From a virus (taxonomy: Duplodnaviria; Caudoviricetes): DNA of 37,924 bases. The translations under genes and the position numbers were made by a program. This document shows, piece after piece, positions 32,535-37,924 of this stretch. The number at the start of each line of letters is the position of its first letter. Position 1 is the first letter of the stretch. A model generated the notes under the pieces. It made no database searches, was not told the DNA's origin, and saw nothing but the letters and a program-made list of their open reading frames with translations. The stretch covers positions 1 to 37,924 of the IMG/VR virus record IMGVR_UViG_3300044728_000092. The stretch is one strand, 5' to 3'.

Positions 32535-33662
32535 CTAAGCCTTCCTCTCGACGACTTGCGGGACTTTTTGCGGGACTTTCTGTCTCGATTCTGTTTCGGC
32601 CTCCATCGCCGCCCGGATGTCCGCATCGATCACATGGACGTACCGGCTGGTCGAGGCGTCGTCGTTGTGACGTAGGAGCTTTCCCACGACCTTGAGGTGC
32701 GCCCCGCTGCGGGCGAGCCGAGTCGCGGCCGTGTGCCTAAGGTCATGCAGCCGGAAGTCGGCGATCCCGGCCTTAGCCGGGCCGAACCGCCGCCACGCCG
32801 TCGCCAGTCCTGAATAGGTGATCTGATAGCGCTCGCCTCGGATGACCGAACGACCCTCGGCGCCTTGGATCACCCTGGTCGCCTTCGCCACATAGGTGAA
32901 CACGTACTCGGTTGGGTGGTTCTGTAGCGGCCACAAGATTTCGCGCAGCTCGGTGCTCAAGGGGATCGTTGCAGGCTTATCGCCCTTGCCCACGACCGAG
33001 ATTGTTCGGTTGCCCCAATCGAGGTCAGTCTTCTTGAGGTTGACGACCTCTTTCTTGCGGAAGCCGGACTTGAGCGCGAATCGGATCGGGGCAAGGTAGT
33101 CGTCCCGCATCGTGTCCATGAGCGCGGGTTCCTCATGCGTCGCGAGCGAACGGATTCGCTCTCGCGGCTCATCAAGCAAGTGTTTTTTCCAATCGATTCG
33201 GACAACGTCCTGTTCCCAATTATCCCGAGCGCGCTTGAGAAGCAGACGCAGCAGTTCGGTCACCGTGCGGTTGACGGTCGAGGGTGACACCCCATTGCCG
33301 CGCCGACGCGCGACCGCCTCTGTGATTTTGTTGGGGCCGATGTCCCGCAAGAGCGTATTGGCGCCTATGCCGCTGTCCTCAAGCAGCCACCGGAGGGCGG
33401 TGAATACGGTCTGTTTATAGGTGCCCGTGTAATGCTCGCCGACCTCGACCCACAATCGATCGAGCGCTGCATTGAAGGTAAGCCCGCCGGCACGGGCTGC
33501 CTTGCGGGCGGAAAGTTCGCGCTGCTTTTGTTTCTTTAAGTCCTCTTCAAAGGCGAGCGCTTCTCTCTTTGTCGTGCAGCCAGTCGATCCGAAAAAAGGC
33601 TCACGCTCGATCTGGAAGTCGTAGACGTAAATGCCCTTTTTCCCTCTTGGGTAGACGGACAT
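32535..33662 (-). CDS. int: Tyrosine integrase
   Basis: Catalytic R (SGFRKKE), K (GKGDK), HDLRH, LLRH and Y (TSRYVH); N-terminal arm-binding region. Confidence 0.95.
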   Translation of the reverse strand: MSVYPRGKKGIYVYDFQIEREPFFGSTGCTTKREALAFEEDLKKQKQRELSARKAARAGGLTFNAALDRLWVEVGEHYTGTYKQTVFTALRWLLEDSGIGANTLLRDIGPNKITEAVARRRGNGVSPSTVNRTVTELLRLLLKRARDNWEQDVVRIDWKKHLLDEPRERIRSLATHEEPALMDTMRDDYLAPIRFALKSGFRKKEVVNLKKTDLDWGNRTISVVGKGDKPATIPLSTELREILWPLQNHPTEYVFTYVAKATRVIQGAEGRSVIRGERYQITYSGLATAWRRFGPAKAGIADFRLHDLRHTAATRLARSGAHLKVVGKLLRHNDDASTSRYVHVIDADIRAAMEAETESRQKVPQKVPQVVERKA

Positions 33663-33862
33663 GCTGCAATCATCCTTCGTTGGCGCTGTTGGAACGCTGC
33701 GAGATCAGAGGGCGCGAACCTGTAGCACTTTCGCTTTACGCCGCGGCCGACGATGATGTAGGCGATGTCGTCCGCAGCGACGTGCCGCATCAGCGTGCTG
33801 GTGCAAATGCCCAATACCTTCGCCGCATCCCCGGGTTTAAGCAGGACTTCGGACTCAGACAT
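33536..33862 (-). CDS. xis: Excisionase-like HTH_17 protein
   Basis: LLKPGDAAKVLGICTSTL...G.G.KR..YRF...DL..F; overlaps the int start by 127 nt. Confidence 0.75.
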   Translation of the reverse strand: MSESEVLLKPGDAAKVLGICTSTLMRHVAADDIAYIIVGRGVKRKCYRFAPSDLAAFQQRQRRMIAACPSTQEGKRAFTSTTSRSSVSLFSDRLAARQREKRSPLKRT

Positions 33863-33920
33863 GATACTCACAACTCCCACGGTTTACTGACGTTTGTGGA
33901 CTTTTCCCACAGGCACCCGC

Positions 33921-34364
33921 TTAATGCGTCTCTCCGGCGGCATCAGGCGTTGAGACGCCGTCTTCACGGCTTATGCCGCGGATTGCGGCGAGAGCTTCGC
34001 GAGCGATCTCGCGTGATGCCACGAGGTCGCCACGGTCACTGCCACTACTAGCGTCCTCGACATCCACAATTCGCCACAGCGCCGCTGCCGTTTGCGCGAG
34101 GAGGGCGGATTGTGCAGCAAGTTTGTGTTCGAGGTGATCTGCTAATTCGTCGTGGAGCTTGCGCCCTTCTTTCAGTAGCTCGATCTCAGCATCTTTAGCG
34201 TCGAGGGCGTTGGAGCGCCCAGAAATGAGGAGGACAATTGCGGCGTCCCTGTCGTCGAGCGCGTCGGCGGCTTCATCAGCAATTTGACTTGCTTCAACAA
34301 GGCTACCACGCCGCATGTATTTGATGGTGCGCAGCCGCTCGCTCAGGCTTTTGGTGTCGGTCAT
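33921..34364 (-). CDS. Hypothetical coiled-coil protein
   Basis: MTDTKSLSERLR...EAADAL; ATGA overlap with the upstream gene. Confidence 0.65.
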   Translation of the reverse strand: MTDTKSLSERLRTIKYMRRGSLVEASQIADEAADALDDRDAAIVLLISGRSNALDAKDAEIELLKEGRKLHDELADHLEHKLAAQSALLAQTAAALWRIVDVEDASSGSDRGDLVASREIAREALAAIRGISREDGVSTPDAAGETH

Positions 34365-34630
34365 GCTGGCGGCCCATCTAATGCACATCGTTGCCGAATT
34401 TCTATTGCCTCTTGATTTGTTCCGTAATCGCAGTCTTTGCAGCGCCGACAAATGTAAACGGGAACGCTACATTGTGCAGTTTCGTGACAACCGCAATTAC
34501 ATCCTCCTAACGATTGCCAATCGTGGCCGAGATCAATGCACGTTGCGCTGGCTGCTTCTCGTTCTAACCGAGCTAAATTGGCTTTAGCTTCTTCAAGCCG
34601 CTCGCTCAGGCTTTTGGTGTCGGCCGTCAT
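34361..34630 (-). CDS. Cys-rich hypothetical protein
   Basis: GAGG RBS; C...GHDW...GGCNCGC....CSVPVY.C..C..CDYG. Confidence 0.7.
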   Translation of the reverse strand: MTADTKSLSERLEEAKANLARLEREAASATCIDLGHDWQSLGGCNCGCHETAQCSVPVYICRRCKDCDYGTNQEAIEIRQRCALDGPPA

Positions 34631-34637
34631 GGGTGCC

Positions 34638-34931
34638 TCATTTCTGTTCCTCTGGCTTGAAGTACTTGCAACTGTGGTTTTCCCCTGAGATCGCGGGCCC
34701 GTGTCTGCCCGTGAGCCTCCAGAACATCTCGCACCCGCTGCAGCGGTAGCGGCGATAGGTGACGGCGTTCTGCTCTGGGTCCCACTTCTCTCCGGTCTTG
34801 CGATAGTAGCGCCAGAAGGCGCAATCCTTGCACCGTTTCCCGGAAGGCCCGGGCCCGGCGAAATGAGCCATGCCGTCGACCGCAGTCGCTTTGTCGGGCA
34901 CTCCCGGTATTTTGGTGAGCCTCTCGTTCAC
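34638..34931 (-). CDS. Cys-rich hypothetical protein
   Basis: GTG start overlapping the upstream TGA, GAGG RBS; GMAHFAGPGPSGKRCKDC...C...SCKYF. Confidence 0.65.
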   Translation of the reverse strand: MNERLTKIPGVPDKATAVDGMAHFAGPGPSGKRCKDCAFWRYYRKTGEKWDPEQNAVTYRRYRCSGCEMFWRLTGRHGPAISGENHSCKYFKPEEQK

Positions 34932-35299
34932 GTCCACCTCTTCATAGCCCTCTTCGGCCATCTCGACGGCGGCCGGGCGCTCTTGCCCGGTTCCTTGGCG
35001 AGGATGCGCCGGCGGAACTCTTCGTGTTTGAACGTGAGGCGCTTGCCCTTGGCGATGGCGGGAATGTCGACCGTCCTCGTGCGCTCGCGATGGGACGCGT
35101 TCAGCATCGGATGGAGATTCCACCAAAAGTCCGAGCCGCGGTTTGCGTGAAACGTGATGTGGTGAAAGTGGAAAAGGCCGAGGACGGCGGCGGAGTCGAC
35201 CATGCGCTGCCGCAGGTCGTCGCGATGCTCCTGCGGCAGCAGGCAGGCCAGCGCTGCGGCCAGGCGCTCGGGATACGGGATGTAGGCGCGCCCCGTCAT
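34928..35299 (-). CDS. HNH-like protein
   Basis: FHH.......G.D..WNL.P....H...T...D...IAK.KR pattern; GGAGG RBS. Confidence 0.6.
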   Translation of the reverse strand: MTGRAYIPYPERLAAALACLLPQEHRDDLRQRMVDSAAVLGLFHFHHITFHANRGSDFWWNLHPMLNASHRERTRTVDIPAIAKGKRLTFKHEEFRRRILAKEPGKSARPPSRWPKRAMKRWT

Positions 35300-35676
35300 G
35301 CCGCCCTCCCGCGCGTGAGAGCAGCTTTGTCACGCTGGACGATGCGTCGCAGGAGCCCGAACCGCAGCCCGACTGTCTCTTCCGGCGCTCGGTAAGCCGC
35401 CTCGTCGACGGCCTCCCTGCAATCCTCAATAGTGTTACCGTGCGACCAGCACAGACATGGCACATTGTTTTTGACCCATTGGCGGATATCAACGCAGGCT
35501 TGGCAGGTCTTGAACTCGCTGAAATAGCCTTCCCACAAACCTACGGCGCGTTCATATTTTTCGCCCGGGTCGATGACATCGGCGCATTCGTAGCACTTGT
35601 GTTGCTTGCGCGCGGTCGGGGTCGAGCGCTCGTAGAAGGTCGGCGGATCATAATCGCATGTGCAATCGTAGCTCAC
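35296..35676 (-). CDS. Cys-rich (Zn-binding) phage protein
   Basis: ARKQHKCYEC...I.PGEKY...FKTCQAC motif; AGGAGG RBS. Confidence 0.75.
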   Translation of the reverse strand: MSYDCTCDYDPPTFYERSTPTARKQHKCYECADVIDPGEKYERAVGLWEGYFSEFKTCQACVDIRQWVKNNVPCLCWSHGNTIEDCREAVDEAAYRAPEETVGLRFGLLRRIVQRDKAALTRGRAA

Positions 35677-36071
35677 GCCGCTGCCTCCTGCCGATCGTGA
35701 AACTGGACGCCGTGATTAGAACCGAAGGCGCGGATCAGTTCTATCAAGTCCCCCATTTCGGACTTTGACAAATCCGAGGACGAGCGGCCGAGATTTACAA
35801 ACCCGTCTCCGTCGAGATTCGGGACCATCCTCAATTCGCGCTTGAGGCTATCAAGGAAAATTAATTTCCAATCGTTTGGCGTGAGCTTGACGCCATGCCA
35901 AGGAAGCTCGCGCGCGATGTCCGTCAACATCGACCACATGAAATCGTTTTGCGGCAAAGTCCGCTTGCTCGCCTTGAGTTCGATGCGCGTGCCGGAAGGC
36001 GCGAGCGCGATATAGCGCGCCGCGCGCTGGCGATCGGCAGCCGAGTGCAGGATGAGCAGATGCCTGGACAC
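35673..36071 (-). CDS. ninB: NinB/Orf recombination mediator
   Basis: KRTLPQNDFMWSMLTDIA, W.G.KL...DWK.IF, VPNLDGDGFV.LG.SSS.L...EM..LIE.I.AFG..HGV.F. Confidence 0.9.
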   Translation of the reverse strand: MSRHLLILHSAADRQRAARYIALAPSGTRIELKASKRTLPQNDFMWSMLTDIARELPWHGVKLTPNDWKLIFLDSLKRELRMVPNLDGDGFVNLGRSSSDLSKSEMGDLIELIRAFGSNHGVQFHDRQEAAA

Positions 36072-36080
36072 TTTAATTTC

Positions 36081-36722
36081 TCATGCGAGAGCACGCAGTT
36101 GGTTGAGGGCGCCGAGCTTGTCATCGAGTTCTTGCAGGAACGCCACCACGTCCTTTTCAAGTTCCGCGATGCGCGCATTGTCGCGCGGGATGCGGCGGAC
36201 GAACAGGCGCATCGGCTCCGGGAGCCGGGGATCGTAACTGACATAGTCGCAAAATGCGCGCTCGCAGCAAGCCATCTGCCACTGCATCTGCGTGATGTAT
36301 TTTTCAGGCACCTTTTGCCCGAGCAGCGTTTCTATGTGTGTTGCGGTTTGGGGACACTTCAGCTCGACAAGACCCTGGTCGCCGAGCAGGCCGTCAGCGA
36401 TCAGGCCGTCAGGGCTTGCGCCGCTCATGGCGATGGTTGGATGCGGCACGAACCCGACCTCTTGGACTGGGGTCTGTTTCAGCCATTCGTAGGCCGCGCG
36501 CGCGTCCGCTTCCTGCGCTATGCCCCATTGCATCGTGCCGTTTACATAGGCTTCCGCCGCCACGCCGGTCAGTCGCTCCGCGATGAGTTCCGCCATGTAG
36601 TTGGCGCGCGATGCGCCCCACCCTGATTTGGTGCGCGCGACCACATCGGCAACGCGGGACGCGGTGACACGGCCGAGCCGGATGGCGATCCATTCGGGTG
36701 AGCCTTGGACGATCTCATTCAC
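36081..36722 (-). CDS. YqaJ/lambda-type exonuclease
   Basis: QGSPEW...RLGRVTAS, MQWG..QE, GASPDGL, ELKCP, QMQWQM and FCDYVSYDPR. Confidence 0.92.
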   Translation of the reverse strand: MNEIVQGSPEWIAIRLGRVTASRVADVVARTKSGWGASRANYMAELIAERLTGVAAEAYVNGTMQWGIAQEADARAAYEWLKQTPVQEVGFVPHPTIAMSGASPDGLIADGLLGDQGLVELKCPQTATHIETLLGQKVPEKYITQMQWQMACCERAFCDYVSYDPRLPEPMRLFVRRIPRDNARIAELEKDVVAFLQELDDKLGALNQLRALA

Positions 36723-37528
36723 GATTGCTGCTCCCGTCTCTTCGCGTTGTCGCGGATAAGCGCCAGGACTTCGTTGAACTTATCGGCCCGGATTTCGGTG
36801 AGGCTTTCGAGCTTGATGCGCTTGAGGAACAGGACGAGGTTGGACTTGGTTTCGATCAGCAGTTTGTTGATCTCGTCGACCTGCGCATCGGTTATGGTCG
36901 GGCTTCCGTTGCCGCCGTTCTTGCCGCCGTTGCCGTCGTCGTCATTCGCGGCGGCCAGGCCGAGCATCTGCACGAGTGAATACCGCTGCAAATATGTGAG
37001 TGTCGAGCCGATGGCCTGGATCGCGTTTTTGCTGCCGCTCGCGTCGGGTGGTCCCGACAGCGTGGTCTCCTCGCTGTGCCCCGCCTTGTGAGAGAGGACG
37101 CATGTGACGCTGATGCGGTCGGTCTGCGTCGTGCGAAAACGGTAGGACAAGCCGAACCTGGAAATGACCGGGTCAACCGCGCGCGCGATAGCCGCGAAGT
37201 CCGCGTACTTTTTGGCGTTGTGCCCGGTGGCGTTTTTGACGACCGGCTCGATCTGCGCCTTGGCGTTGGCAATGGCCTCATCGAAGTCCTTGCGCGCTTG
37301 GCGGGCGTCCCACCGCTCCTGCAGGGCCATTAGCCGCTCCAAGACCTCCATCGGCGCGTTGTGCTCGACCGCGCGGTTGAGCATGTCCAGCGGCGTGAGC
37401 ACCGCCGGCTCCCTCACCGCCACATGCCCGTTGCCCGGCGTGGCTCCGTTCTCGATCGTTTTCATCTGCGCAACTCCATGTCGCGGCCTTTGCAGGAAGG
37501 GCGGGATCTCAAGGTCGATGTCTGTCAT
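36719..37528 (-). CDS. erf: ERF-family single-strand annealing protein
   Basis: KYADF..I, GLSYRF, H..GHSE and KNAIQAIGSTLTYLQRYSL...LGL....DDDG. Confidence 0.9.
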   Translation of the reverse strand: MTDIDLEIPPFLQRPRHGVAQMKTIENGATPGNGHVAVREPAVLTPLDMLNRAVEHNAPMEVLERLMALQERWDARQARKDFDEAIANAKAQIEPVVKNATGHNAKKYADFAAIARAVDPVISRFGLSYRFRTTQTDRISVTCVLSHKAGHSEETTLSGPPDASGSKNAIQAIGSTLTYLQRYSLVQMLGLAAANDDDGNGGKNGGNGSPTITDAQVDEINKLLIETKSNLVLFLKRIKLESLTEIRADKFNEVLALIRDNAKRREQQS

Positions 37529-37740
37529 TTGCTGGTCAAAAAGAAGAGGACGAGGACCGTTGCGATGACCCCACAGCCAACAATGAATCGCAATTTTTCA
37601 GATCGTGGTGACGGAGGGTGCAGCCTTTTCCATTCTCTCCGGTCTTCTCGCCATTCTCGCCACCCGTAGTCATCGCGGGGGACAGACTGGGTAACCACGA
37701 CGACTAAGATCGCGATTAATAACAATGTGTCTATGCTCAT
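37525..37740 (-). CDS. Small two-TM membrane protein
   Basis: Two hydrophobic segments flanking a W/R-rich loop; ATGA overlaps at both ends. Confidence 0.55.
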   Translation of the reverse strand: MSIDTLLLIAILVVVVTQSVPRDDYGWREWREDRREWKRLHPPSPRSEKLRFIVGCGVIATVLVLFFLTSK

Positions 37741-37924
37741 CGGTTCCACCACAGCGGCTCGCGTTCGTATTCCCGGCGATCCTCTTGCTCGCGCTCGCCC
37801 GCCGAGGTCAATTCATACAGAGCGTTACCTTCGAGCGCGCCGAGCAGCTGATCCTTGAACAGCGGCATCTCGATCCGGGTGGAGAAATGGGCGTGGGCGT
37901 ACTCGCCGTAGGCCTCGACCACTC
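37737..37924 (-). CDS. Partial hypothetical protein (5' end probably outside the window)
   Basis: The frame runs to the window edge; the stop overlaps the next start. Confidence 0.5.
   Translation of the reverse strand, partial: VVEAYGEYAHAHFSTRIEMPLFKDQLLGALEGNALYELTSAGEREQEDRREYEREPLWWNR

Larger units (their letters stand above)
32325..32579. repeat. Putative integrase arm-type binding sites
   Basis: TTGCGGGACTTT twice in tandem (32556-32579); related TTGCGGTAGAT and TCGCGGGACCT (32325-32346) on the other side of the core. Confidence 0.6.

Noticed and set aside
1-37924. CtrA boxes (TTAA-N7-TTAA) and a repressor/cro switch
   Set aside because: No full CtrA box was noticed by eye (not an exhaustive scan). 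No CI-like gene is present; it probably lies outside the window between the divergent arms.

Overview
The window is most of the genome of a temperate, GC-rich podovirus-like phage, very probably infecting an alphaproteobacterium of the Rhizobiales/Hyphomicrobiales (it has a GcrA homologue, a BrnA-type gene and a tRNA-Pro attachment site). The + strand (1-31147) runs: replication initiator with an internal iteron origin, small accessory and membrane genes, TerS/TerL, portal, a lysis cassette, Pro-rich repeat and Ig/SPRY proteins, scaffold, major capsid protein, adaptor/nozzle, ejection proteins, tail fibre and small membrane proteins. The - strand (37924-31227) runs: ERF, YqaJ exonuclease, NinB, small Cys-rich genes, xis, tyrosine integrase, attP, HNH-AP2 and GcrA. 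An unbroken attP suggests the excised or virion form. No repressor/cro switch is visible, so it probably lies just outside the window ends. The most interesting signals are: (1) a tandem-repeat Pro/Gly protein, a prolyl-hydroxylase-type 2OG-Fe(II) oxygenase and an HD-like DUF6817 protein placed inside the virion operon of a phage rich in Pro-repeat proteins; (2) a short R-[DN]-x-hydrophobic-x-x-A-hydrophobic helix shared by the scaffold and five other late proteins, a candidate capsid-loading signal; (3) a chromosomal-type parS near the origin with no parAB; (4) an attP carrying a promoter plus the 5' half of tRNA-Pro; (5) an orphan BrnA operon and a family of tail-anchored membrane peptides. 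All family calls come from reading motifs by eye, with no database searches.
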